Origin: Octopus bimaculoides
Taxonomy: Eukaryota
Reading direction: 5' to 3'
Length of the DNA stretch: 64,000 nt
NCBI RefSeq assembly: GCF_001194135.2
Contig: NC_068981.1
Span: 160,671,571-160,735,570, forward strand
Both the position numbers and the translations under genes were made by a program. The notes beneath the pieces are model-generated. The model worked only from the letters and a program-made list of their open reading frames with translations, had not been told where the DNA came from and did not search any database. Below are positions 29,101-40,046 of the stretch, one piece after another; within the stretch, counting starts at the first letter, position 1, and each line of letters opens with the position of its first letter.

Positions 29101-32100
29101 CGAATATATATATATATATTGTGATCTATNNNNNNNNNNNNNNNNNNNNNNNNNNNNNNNNNNNNNNNNNNNNNNNNNNNNNNNNNNNNNNNNNNNNNNN
29201 NNNNNNNNNNNNNNNNNNNNNNNNNNNNNNNNNNNNNNNNNNNNNNNNNNNNNNNNNNNNNNNNNNNNNNNNNNNNNNNNNNNNNNNNNNNNNNNNNNNN
29301 NNNNNNNNNNNNNNNNNNNNNNNNNNNNNNNNNNNNNNNNNNNNNNNNNNNNNNNNNNNNNNNNNNNNNNNNNNNNNNNNNNNNNNNNNNNNNNNNNNNN
29401 NNNNNNNNNNNNNNNNNNNNNNNNNNNNNNNNNNNNNNNNNNNNNNNNNNNNNNNNNNNNNNNNNNNNATTTTTTCGGTAATTTTAAATGTCTTGCCCGC
29501 TTACACTTTGGTATTCCGCTGAATTTCGTTTTGAGAACAATTTAGGTCTTAGTAGACACAAGATGTGATCTATTTCTAGCACATTAAATGTCCACGTTAT
29601 ATATAAAACTATATATATATATATATATATACACAGGACCGCTTGACTGGCCTTTGTACCGGTGGCACGTAAAAGCACCCACTACACTCTCGGAGTGGTT
29701 GGTGTTAGGAAGGGCATCCAGCCGTAGAAACTCTGCCAAATAAGATTGGAGCCTGGTGTAGCCATCTGGTTCACCAGTCCTCAGTCAAATCGTCCAACCC
29801 ATGCTAGCATGGAAAGCGGACGTTAAACGATGATGATGATACACACACATACACATATATCCTTTACTCATTTCAGTCGTTAGACTGTGGCCATGCTAGG
29901 GTACCACCTTGAGGAATTTATTTTTTTCTTTAAGCCTGGTATTTATTCTACTGGTCTCTTTTGCTGAAGTTGTGGGGATGAAACACACCAACACCAGTTG
30001 TCAAGCAGTGGTGGTGGGCAAACATAGACACAAATATATATATATCAAATATTATTAAGTAAGGAAGTGGAGATTTAATGGATATAAATGAATTTATTAA
30101 CATTTTTAATAAGGGCTACAATTGTTTCAATTCACTCTCAATACAAATTACAAAATAAGTTTGCATTTTGAATATTTAGAGTAAAATATCTTCAGGGCCA
30201 ATAACATTAAGGCAACTACATGTTGATTAATTGATATTCTTCAACAGACTAAGTAGATGAAAATACGTTTAATTTGTGTGTGTGTGTTAATAATTTTATG
30301 TATATAATATATATATTTTTATAGTTAAATAAAATTATTAATACACACAAAAAAATTAAACGTATTTTCATCTACTTAGTCTGTTGGAGAATCTCAATTG
30401 ATCAACATGTAGTTTCCTTAATGTCTATTGGCCCTGAAGATATTTTACTCTAAATATTCAAAATGCAAACTTATTTTATTCTATAGGTTTGTAATTTGTA
30501 TTGAGTGTGAATTGAAACAATTGTAGGCCTTATTAAAAATGTTAATAAATTCATTTATACCCATTAAATCTCTCCATTTTCTTACTTAATGATATTTGAT
30601 ATTTATGATATACCAATTTTTATATTGAAGATATATTTCTCAACAATATGACTTGTCACATCCAAGTCACAACAAGTGTGACTTGGATGAAACCATCTCT
30701 ATAAGAGGTTTATGTATCCTCGAAGTGACTATATATATATATATATACAATGGGCTTCTTTCACTTTCGGTCTCACAAGGCTTTGGTTGGCTTAAGGCTA
30801 TAGTAGAAGACACTTGTCCAAGGTGCCACGCAGTGGGATTGAGTCTGGAACCATATGGTTAGGAAGCAAGCTTCTTACCACACAGCCATGCCTGCACTTA
30901 CAGGCCTTTGTTTGTACACACATAATTGTTTTATCTTGTTTTCTTAAGAATTACAAAAGATGTAAATGATTAAATTCCTTATAATTTTTTGCTTTGTTAA
31001 ATCTGCATTAAAGGCAACTGGATCTTGGGATTTTTGCATTCGAATTTGGAATTTGGATGAAGAATCTTCTAAAGAGAATGCATCTAATATGAACCAATTG
31101 TCAAAATCTGATTTGAAGAAAAAGAAGAATCTGAAAGCTGATGTATTCCCATTAAAACCCAAACCAAATCATCTTCTTCAGAAGCACAAAGGAAATGTTC
31201 ATACTGTGGCATTCTCTGGAAATGATGTACTGGTAAACATATTCAATGTAAAATCACTCAAACAGTATAAAAGTAGATTGAAATAAGAACAATTTATACA
31301 TTTCTGATGACAATAGTACAAATAAAATACAGAAGTAATTTCTTTTCTTTACTGTCAGAGCATGGTGGAGAAAAGGAAGTATAAAACCATGACTTGGGGT
31401 TTGTCCTTATACTAGTAACATCTTTGAATGCTTCCAACAGAATGGACTCCAGTAAAAAGGCACCCAGGGGCTAGAGTTAATCCATTAGCATTCAGATTAC
31501 TCTGTCAAATGTAATGCCTTTTATTCACATTGTTTAAAACTAATCAGGCATTATCTCCTAGCTTCAAGATTTTGATGATATAATTATTTTTAAAATGACA
31601 TTGTAGGGTAGGTGTGAGAGGCCAGATCTGGCCGATTTGAACATAAAACAGGTGGAATATTTTAGCCAGGTGTGGCTGGTTGAAATACTAAATGGTTAAA
31701 TCTGAAAATACTTTAGGTCTGTTCTCCTCAGTCCTCCCAATTAAACCACACAACACTTTGGTTAACTAAGTGGGATCAACTCTAGAAAAAACTACGTTAG
31801 TGAAGCAAACTTCTTATCTAGGAATTCTAATTTTGGCACAAGGCCAGCAATTTTAAGGGAAGGGGCGTGCTTATTACATCAACCCCAGTACTTGACTGTT
31901 ACTTTATTGTATTGACTTTGAAAGAATGAAAGGCAAAGTTGACCTTGGCAGAAAATCTAAAGAGCCAGAAGAAATGCTACTAAGCTTTTTGTCTGTGGTC
32001 ACAATTTTGCTGGCTCGTTGCCATAACTTGGTATGTATAATAAATGAATGACAATAACCTTGATGACAAATTGTAATTTTTTCCTTAATAAATCTATGCT

Positions 32101-33948
32101 TAGTATGGGTTATATATTTCCTAAGAAAGTTGATTTCTTCCTCATATTGGATAAACTGTCTCCATCATATATCCTCCGAACATACTTTTAGATTAAGTAA
32201 ATTAACCAATTATGCTTGTCTGGATCAGTGGTTCTCAACTGGGATCCATATAAGATTTTGTTGTTAAAAATTATGTGCAATAAATTGGTTATACTTCTAC
32301 AATACACAAAATATTTTAAGAATTTTTAAAATTACAATTCCTAATATTTAATTATAAAAATATAATTGGACTTTTTAAACCACTGAATAGCTATGGAGGT
32401 CCAGTTAATTAAAATATGAATCAGAGGCATCCATAGGCAAAAAAATTATTGAGAACCACTGGTCTAGATTATCAGGCTTGTAGTATGGACACACAGTCTT
32501 AGTTTAAATTCTCTGTGATTCTGATTCACTTTGCTTACAAAATATATACAGGTTGTTTAACATAAGGTCAGGCTCTGATGAAGCAAAGACATTCCACTTT
32601 TTTTTTCAGATATACTGTGTCTGGGACTACACTATCTAATGTATCTTTTTTTGTAAAGATATTTGAGAGATTTAACTGTTATTTTAGCAGGTCTAGAGAC
32701 TTCTTTGTTGTTTAACCTTAAGGTGGCCTTGATCAAGCTATGACTATCTTTTTCGTTTTTCAGGAATAACATAAATGTACCCAGGACAATATTATTCAAT
32801 TTGTCCTTTTTAAAGAGGTCTCAATTTTAGGAAAATTTGGTATGGTTAATTAGAGCTCCCTTCATTATCTCAAATATTTACCAGTGAAAAAACAAAAAGC
32901 ACACTAAATATAATGCCCCCGTGACAATTCAATGTCCTTAATTCTCTCATTTCTCATTGTGAAGGCAAGTGGTTCCTGGGACAAAACAGTATGCTTGTGG
33001 GATCCTCTGAAGGGTCAGCTACTACACTGTCTTCAAGGACATGATGGCTGGGTACAAGTTGTAGCATTTTCTCATGATAATCTCTATGTGGCAAGTGCAT
33101 GTGAAGATGACACCATACGAATTTGGGTTGTTGAAAATGGGAAATGCTGCAAGGTTCTTGCGGTGAGTCCATTAACCAGTTTACAGCAGTGCACCATCAC
33201 ACATTTTTCTTTTTTTCTATGCTATCCGTAAATAGAACAGGTCAGTAATGGATTTCAAACTCATCCGTTTCTGAAACTATTAAACATTTTCTGATCTGAC
33301 TAAATCTCACTATTTTTTGGTATCTGTAACTTTCCATTCATTATAATGGATGATACATCATTTTCACAAATCTTGTTGGGTAAATAGTTATTGTTTATCC
33401 ATGTTGGTATGAGTTAGACAAAACTTATTGATGCAGATTTTCTACAGCTGCTCCTGTCACTAATCCTCACTATGGTTGTGTGGCTACAAAGTTCACTTTG
33501 CAGCCACATTGTTCCATGCTCAAACCCTCTGTATGACACCTTACGAGTTTTGTCTTTAACCAACCAATGCCTTGAGTGGAACAGGTAAAACCCTTTGGCC
33601 TTTTGTGTATAGATAGTTCGGGTAAATCCCAGCTGTCTCTTCTGTGAAGCATATCTGCTTATTCCTTACATGTCTATATAACATGTAAATCTTTGATATT
33701 TACATAATTCCAGGTGGTAAACATGACAATTTCCTAAATTCACCTTCCATCAAGAAGCTTCAATCTTTTCTCTGTAAAATTTATTGATGTGGAGATATGA
33801 TTAAATAACACACAAGTATATTAACATATTCAATTGCTCTTTTTTGCAGGCTAAAACAGAAACAGTACAGCTGTGTGTTTTCACTCCACATGGTACTCTT
33901 TTAACATCAGGAACTAACAGTGCAACAGGTTCCTTCCACACACATTAA
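15993..33948 (+). CDS. WDR38: WD repeat-containing protein 38-like, complete CDS, 8 exons, 332 aa
   Basis: Exons 15993-16058, 19480-19600, 22008-22124, 24382-24479, 26646-26726, 31014-31232, 32965-33162, 33850-33948 (999 nt, phases consistent). [41 protein letters not shown]...[25 protein letters not shown]...[14 protein letters not shown]...[15 protein letters not shown]...[12 protein letters not shown]...[13 protein letters not shown]. Repeat-by-repeat similarity to remembered human WDR38. In-frame TGA just upstream of the ATG; AATAAA 33954-33959. Confidence 0.85.
16667..18003. mobile_element. Helentron-associated (HINE-like) non-autonomous elements, two pieces flanking a CR1 insertion
   Basis: AACTAGAAAAGCACTCAGAGAGCACAGACCTCCGCCAA start (16667), second CGCAGACCTCCG at 17624, and a CATAACCTCC..TTGGCGAAGGTAAT end at about 18000 (subterminal inverted CCTCCGCCAA/TTGGCGAAGG). 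Confidence 0.55.
17225..17623 (-). mobile_element. CR1-clade LINE 3' fragment
   Basis: [34 protein letters not shown]...[18 protein letters not shown], a typical CR1 ORF2 end. Confidence 0.8.
18167..18398 (-). mobile_element. tRNA-derived SINE (family B), central domain resembling Nin/Deu-type
   Basis: Minus strand: GGCAGCAAGCTGGCAGAATCGTTAGCA (A box)...GAGTTCAAATTCC (B box)...GCCTTTCATCCTTTTGGGCTCGATTAAATAAGTACCAGT...(ATT)n. Other copies at about 3990-4165, 12160-12310, 20120-20330, 31825-32023, 43360-43570, 43685-43815, 57760-57978 (-) and 54410-54632 (+). Confidence 0.8.
18557..18720. repeat. (TG)n microsatellite spanning an N gap
   Basis: Direct reading. Other SSRs: (AAT)n about 12311-12345, (TAC)n about 20057-20120, (AT)n 36558-36600, (ATT)n about 40012-40048, (CT)n about 49696-49770. 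Confidence 0.95.
18895..19410 (-). mobile_element. RLE-type (R4/Dong/NeSL-like) non-LTR retrotransposon 3' fragment
   Basis: [12 protein letters not shown]...[18 protein letters not shown]...[10 protein letters not shown]: PD-(D/E)xK restriction-like endonuclease. Confidence 0.8.
20455..20828 (-). mobile_element. tRNA-derived SINE (family C) with internal (CA/TA)n
   Basis: Minus head AGGCGCAGGAGTAGCTGTGTGGTAAG...GGTTCAGTCCCACTGC..CCTTGGGCAAGTGTCTTCTACTATAGC. Partial copies at 16128-16425, 28530-28640, 29860-30035, 30730-30900, 60905-61005 and 58372-58510 (+). Confidence 0.8.
22290..22900 (+). mobile_element. Heavily decayed Ty3/Gypsy remnant (protease and integrase pieces)
   Basis: LVDTG protease-like motif (about 22484-22500) and [20 protein letters not shown] (compare HPQANGMVERFHRQLKAAL). 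Confidence 0.55.
25718..26125. mobile_element. hAT-like MITE with dense GTTAAC/TTAAC subterminal motifs
   Basis: Ends GAGCACCATTAA / TTAACGG..GGTGCCCA; many TTAAC/GTTAA copies in both halves. Confidence 0.55.
27010..27365 (+). mobile_element. tRNA-derived SINE (family D)
   Basis: GATCGCGGTTTCGATTCC B-box-like head; shares CAAAGGGTCAGCCTTGTCACA...GTGTCTGTGGAGTGCTCAGCCA with 12955-13270; related head at 4180-4320. Confidence 0.7.
28990..29105 (-). mobile_element. Penelope-like terminal fragment
   Basis: Minus strand TCGAAACGTC...CAGCTGATGAAGGG motif pair typical of Penelope ends; abuts an N gap. Confidence 0.5.
29636..29840 (+). mobile_element. Family A copy
   Basis: Core plus GATGATGAT tail. 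Confidence 0.85.
30042..30602. repeat. About 560-bp near-perfect palindrome (foldback)
   Basis: Arms 30042-30300 and 30329-30602 are reverse complements, with scattered mismatches and one indel of about 12 nt. Confidence 0.95.
32226..32461. mobile_element. hAT (Charlie-like) MITE
   Basis: TIR CAGTGGTTCTCAA / TTGAGAACCACTG; 8-bp TSD GTCTGGAT / GTCTAGAT. Confidence 0.9.
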
Positions 33949-34477
33949 AGCAAAATAAAATTGTACAAAACATAAAATTACTTGTTCCTTATTGTTTCAG
34001 TCCACCACTCACACCCAACAAAAATCTCAAACTACAGGAAAATTCCCCTCTAGATCAATCGATACCCCACCACTTATTTTATATTTCTTGTACCTATCTA
34101 GAAAATAACTGCAAGAGGTCAAAATTTATAAAATAGATTATATAACACTATTTAAATAGATGTTAATTACACCTCCACACCAAAATCTGTGACCATGCGT
34201 TAATGTTATTTATTTCTATATGAAGTAATCAAAGTTTGAAACTGAACATTAAGTATGAAGAAAATTTGTCCAGACACCATTTGCATTAATTCATTTCACA
34301 GCTGCACACCCAATTAAATGGGAGAATGGTTTGACTAGGCAAGAAAACAGTTGAGTTGAACAAATGCAATGAAGAACCTCATTTTTACAATTTTGGTACT
34401 TCTCACATCAATTTAAGGAAAGGATGAAAATACAAAAGAACATTTTTTCCATTTCAATTTATTTTAAAAGAATACAT

Positions 34478-36551
34478 TTACTTCTTCTTGGCCACACCAA
34501 CAGTCCTACCACGACGACCAGTTGTTTTAGTGTGCTGACCTCGGACACGCAAACTAAAAACAGAAAAGAAAAGAAAAGTTTGTTACATAATCAAGACCAC
34601 ATTGTGATGTTCCAACAAGTAACTTCAAAACATCTGCATGAGAATTCTGACATTTCATAAATAAAAAGAAATCCACACTAGTCATTATTATTGCAGTATT
34701 AAGTTCATGTACTTCTTTTTGTGATGCCTGACCACTCAATATAGTTCAAACCATGCTAGATGTATGTCTCTAGAGAGGAAACACCCAAAACCTTGTTAAT
34801 CAAACAAACCAGGGGCATGAGATTCTATTCTTGCTTTCAGAACAAAATGATTTTTTTTCACCCCATTTAAGCAATGATTCTAAATTCCCCAATATAAAAA
34901 AAATGGATACAACTACCATGGCAAGCAGACTAACAATATTTAACAGATTTCTTCAAAATATCTGATTAAGTTCACTTATAGATAAGTCATCCATGTCAGC
35001 TAAACATATGCTATTTAGCAGTTGTATGCTGTCAACTTAATGTGACAGTCCCCTGAAGGGAATAATACTACACTACTGCATAAATCTGAGAGATTTAGAA
35101 ATGTATTATTTCATCATCATCATTTAACGTCCGCTTTCCATGCTAGCATGGGTTGGACGATTTGACTGGGGACTGACGAACCAGATGGCTACACTAGACT
35201 CCAATCTGATCTGGCAGAGTTTCTACAGCNNNNNNNNNNGGGACTGACGAACCAGATGGCTACACTAGACTCCAATCTGATCTGGCAGAGTTTCTACAGC
35301 TAGATGCCCTTCCTAACGCCAACCACTCTGAGAGTGTAGTGGGTGTTTTTTATGTGCCACCAGCACGAGGGCCAGCCCGGCAGTACTGGCAACGGCCACG
35401 CTCAAATGGTGTTTTTTTTTATGTGCCACATGCACAGGAGTCAGTCCAATGTTTTGTTCACATGCCACCGGCACAAGTGCCAGTAAGGCAAAGCTGAAAA
35501 TGATCACGCTGCTCTGGCAGTGATCCCGCTCGGATGGTGCTGCTAGCGCTCCACTAGCATGGGTGCCAGTCACTTTTACAGAACCAGACTCCCCCAACAC
35601 CCAATCTTAGCAACTACTTAGCATATCAGCAACATGCTATCTTAAAACATTTTCAATTAAAAATATACTGACCCCCAGAAATGACGTAGACCACGATGTG
35701 CTCTGATCTTTTTTAACCTCTCCAAATCTTCACGCAACTTGTTGTCAAGAGCATTTGCCATAATTTGGCTGTATTTTCCATCTTTGATGTCCTTCTGTCT
35801 GTTAAGGAACCAGTCTGGAATTTTGTACTGACGAGGGTTTGACATGACTGTTAAAACTCTATCAACCTGAAAAAAAAAAAAAAAAAAAAAAAAAAAACAG
35901 CATTATTAACACAACTCTGAAATAGAATAGTTGACATCAAAGTATAATTATGGAAAGGGCAGTATCCCCTCATGAACAGTTGTCAAATTCAATTTAGATG
36001 CAGGCAACTACACTGTAATGAAGTCAAATTACAAATTATCAAAAACTAAATCTTTGGTTCATGAATAACAGGATACAAAATGAAATTTACATTTTAAATT
36101 ATGAATTATATATACAAGGTTCCTTGGTATAAGCTTTCTTTATCTCTCCTTTTTAGCTTGCCTAAGATTTGTACTGCTTTCACCCCACTCATCAATCATA
36201 TAAATGTTTATTGTTGAAAACCTGGTCACATGGAGGCTCTGAATGTCATCAACATTTAACATCCATGTTCCGATGGATCTTTTCACCCACCAGCACTATT
36301 GAGGTTGGTTTATGTCAGTGGATAAGGGGAAGGAGACACAATGCATGTTCGTGTAGGGGAGCTACATAGCCACTCCAATTTTCTGGAAAAGGGTGAGAAG
36401 GGGAAAACATAAAATTCTTCATAGGAAAATCACAAAGAAAAAACTGGAATTCTTACCTCCTCTTCTGTCATTTCACCAGCACGTTTATTTAAATCAATAT
36501 TGGCCTTTTTACAAACTACATTGGCAAATCGTCGTCCAATTCCCTAAACAA

Positions 36552-36602
<51 letters not shown>

Positions 36603-37006
36603 CATAACAAAATTTATTAGAATTGAACGAACATTAAGCATCAAATCCAAAAGCGTTTTAGAGAGATGAAAGCAGCAAAAATTAAGTGAAGTGGCTGCAA
36701 ATTTCAAGCCTTACAAAACTCACCTTAATGGCAGTAATAGCAAACATCGACTTCCTACGACCGTCGATGTTCGTATTCATAATACGCAGAATATGCTGAA
36801 ACTTCTCTGGGATTACGAGCGACTGAAAGTAAAAAGAAAACGTGTAAATTTAATAATAGAGACGGTTGGATAAGTAGTATCCAATTCTTTAGTTTGGTAA
36901 ATTCGTAGCTTAAATCATTCCTTCTCATGTGGGATTTTAGAGACGCCGTTTTGGATTGCTTGTGTATGCGATTTATTACAAGCGTTCGCATGAATAGTTT
37001 AACCAT
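34478..37006 (-). CDS. RPS18: 40S ribosomal protein S18 (uS13), complete CDS, 5 exons, 152 aa
   Basis: Exons (minus) 37006-37004 (ATG only), 36822-36724, 36543-36457, 35866-35673, 34553-34478 = 459 nt: [152 protein letters not shown]. Minus-strand AATAAA at 34463-34458. Confidence 0.98.
35110..35580 (-). mobile_element. Family A copy in RPS18 intron 4 (spans a 10-N gap)
   Basis: Reverse-complement core and tandem subunits. Confidence 0.85.
36209..36378 (-). ncRNA. Candidate box H/ACA snoRNA in RPS18 intron 3 (sense to host)
   Basis: GC-richer block; 5' hairpin closed by AGTGG/CCACT, then H-box-like ACATAA (36315-36310); 3' hairpin TGAAAA/TTTTCA with internal pocket and CATGGA/TCCATG upper stem; ACA (36214-36212) 3 nt from the putative end. 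Confidence 0.45.
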
Positions 37007-38284
37007 GTAACGGAAGACTATATTAACAAATCATATCTTGATTAAAAACAATATGCAACACAAGACAAAATGTACGTGGGGAGCATTTTCATAACTGATA
37101 AATTGTAAAAAAAAAAGAAGATAGTAACCCATTTATATTGATCTATCAGAGGAGGGTGCTTCACACGACCTAAACAAAATTAATCGCGCTATTGGATTTT
37201 GTTCAATTGAAGATTACAGTCAATCAATAAAGGTGTTACAACGATTCCCTTTTTATTTCCCATACGAGGGAAATTCAGATGCTATTTTTAACAGATCGAG
37301 CGGTCCCCATAACCTCGAACTTCTTATTAATATGGCTTTCGTATACAAACAGAAACCATCATACAATTTTTTCTAAAGAATAAACAATACTTCAGATGTT
37401 TTAAAGAATGAAATATTTAACAAGGGCAGTACTGTTTGATCCAATTTAGTTATTCCACCCGACTATTCATGTATGAACGACGAAACGAAACTCTGCATGT
37501 TGCTAAAAAGGGACCACGACCTCCGAATTTTATGTGGTTTAAACGAAGTATTGTACATATTTAATTTTACAATTTATATTGGATAATATTAATATGGCAG
37601 GTAAAAGACCTGCTGGAAACTCAAACTACACTGGACTAATCAAAGGTTTTCTTTTAAAAAAGCACTAGAGAATGGTGCGTGGCAGTAGAATTACTTTCTC
37701 AGTTTTAATCTCTGACAGATTGATGTTGAATTTGTACAAGCTTTGTGGGTGGAAGCTTGAAATAACAGGATATTAGTAACTTGAAAACCAGAAATTTCTA
37801 AATCAAACAATAATTGCACCACGTGAAGAAATTGTGCTCCAAATACTTTACAAATTAATCTAATGCAATATTTCAGCTGTACGAAAACACCAGTTTTCTT
37901 TTAGTCAAAGAAATAAATTTTAGAGATTATAATTTCGATAAAAGGAAATATAAGCAATATACAATACAGTGAAGTAGATATATTTATCCAAAAATGGTAC
38001 ATTTTCGTTTGAAAATAAATTTATGGTAGACACATGATGGCTGGGACACAAATGTAAGGCGGTAATATTTTAAGTAATACTCAGTAATAAATAAACAATT
38101 GTTACCATAATATTGAATCTTGCACAAAATGGATATCAAATAGTAAATACGATGTTTTTCTTAAAGATGAATTCACTAAATTATTAAGATTATAAAGGAT
38201 AAAAGCAGAGATATATCGTAACACCAACTTACCATGGTTGCAGTTTACCGGAAAAGGAAGTTTGATTGTTCACGTGACTTAAAG
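37007..38284. promoter_or_regulatory. Putative bidirectional promoter region between RPS18 and VPS52
   Basis: 1278 bp between divergent start codons; visibly CpG-rich compared with gene bodies; ETS-like CCGGAA (38248-38253) and GGAAGT (38256-38261), E-box TCACGTGAC (38270-38278); pyrimidine stretch TCTTCC just before the RPS18 ATG. Confidence 0.65.
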
Positions 38285-40009
38285 ATGGATACCACAGCAG
38301 AAGACACGAATGGAGAAGAGGTGGGACAATAATTCTGTTTTGAAATATATGACTGCATTGCTTTATTGTGTTAAGTAGGATAAATTATATGTCCGTTATC
38401 GACATCTGTAAATTCTTGCAACTGAAATGTCTAAACACGTAGTCGTACGTAATGTGAATGTACATATAATGTTTTAATAATGATAATAATAAAAGAGTCT
38501 GTCAATTTGTTTGTCTTGCAATGTTAACTGGCGATAGCATTGGATGTAAATACTTATAAGTCATTTTAATTTTATTAATTGAAAATGATGCAATCAAAAA
38601 ATCCCTAAATTGTTTATGTATTGTTATCGTTTCAGTTAAAGACATACACTTTCATTTAATTGAAAGCGTGTTATACAAATGCTATGTTCTGAACTATAGT
38701 TTAAGATATTAAAATCAAGCGTTCGGGTATCTCATCACTTTTTTTTTATAGAGTAGAGTTTGTTTTAAGGAAAAATTAGTTGCTTTTTCTCATTGGCCCA
38801 GAAAGCCCTGTTTTTAAAAGCAAGGGGTTGGCTCTTTGTTTACGCAACAAACAGTTCTGATTGTATTATTAACAACACTGGTACGTTAAAAAAAACGTCT
38901 TTCACTTCCGATCCAAGACAAAATCGTTACCGCAGCTCGCGTTATCCATTACAACCACTTTCCACATAGCTTTCATTATAAAATGTGAAAAAGAAATAAT
39001 TGCATATAGAGCAGTGGTTCCTCACCTGGAAGTACCTGCAAACCCATGGGGGGGGGGGGTGAGGAGATGGCATTTCAGGATTGTATGACAAAGAGGGAGA
39101 GTATATACTTTATTAAAATTGCTTTTCAGAATAAAATTATTTGCTGAATCTTCAAAGTAACTTTATTTTATTGAACACTCACCGAAATTTATTATTATTA
39201 TTTTTTTTATATGTTTATAGAGAAAAATACATTTAATTCTTTAGAGATTACGACTGAGAGCCATGTCCTTGTTCCATTCGCCAACGGCATACTTATGTGA
39301 ATCTGGTTTTAGTTCTCGTTTCCTAATTAAACAAAACCTAGGAATTGTTTGATCGACAGCCAGACTTACGGGTCGTAAACAGGAAAAAAATTCCATGTTT
39401 TGATTAAAGTCACTAAATAAGTCATTGAATTTAATGTTAATTTAATATGGGATTGATGTAGTTAGCAAGATTCTTGACATGAACTCGTGCGTTGGAACAG
39501 ATTTTGTTGTATCTTGCGAGGGTCATTATGTCCAGAATAAACACACGCACTGTTTCTATTTCACTTCTTGTATTATTATTATTATTGAGTGAAAGAACAG
39601 TGCATACCATCAAAGTGACATTGGGGTGAAATATACCAGTATACCCATATTGATAAGGATACACCAGGCACATGCATCACAACTATATGTGCGCGACATA
39701 GTGATCTCATATCAAAATAAACAGCGCATGACCTTACAGGTGGGGGCAATTAGAATTTTCTTCAGGTTGAGAAGCCCATCCTACTCAAAAGATCTCTGAA
39801 TAAGGGTTGTTCAAGGATGTTGAACAAAACACCCATATTTCCAAAGGTGAATTATCCAAACCTCAAAAAATTCCTCTCAACACATGGCTATGATACTCTC
39901 CCACTACTTCTGCTTGTGATCAGAGATGCACATATCGTCAGCCACTAAGGGACTTGCTCAGCTGGTTAAGATCAAGCAACTGACAAGCAAATCTGTGGTA
40001 TTGAGCACA

Positions 40010-40046
<37 letters not shown>

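Noticed and set aside
15993-33948. Calling the WD40 gene WDR46, the WD40 neighbour of RPS18 in the human MHC
   Set aside because: It is a 332-aa pure 7-repeat protein collinear with WDR38, with no Utp7/BING4 C-terminal domain.
35168-35301. Apparent tandem duplication of about 60 bp in RPS18 intron 4
   Set aside because: The identical copies flank a 10-N gap, which indicates unmerged contig overlap.
36290-36410. Plus-strand resemblance to U17/SNORA73 (GTGGATA, GTAGGGGAGC)
   Set aside because: It is antisense to the host gene and lacks the m1 (AUAUUCCUA) and m2 (AAACCAU) motifs.
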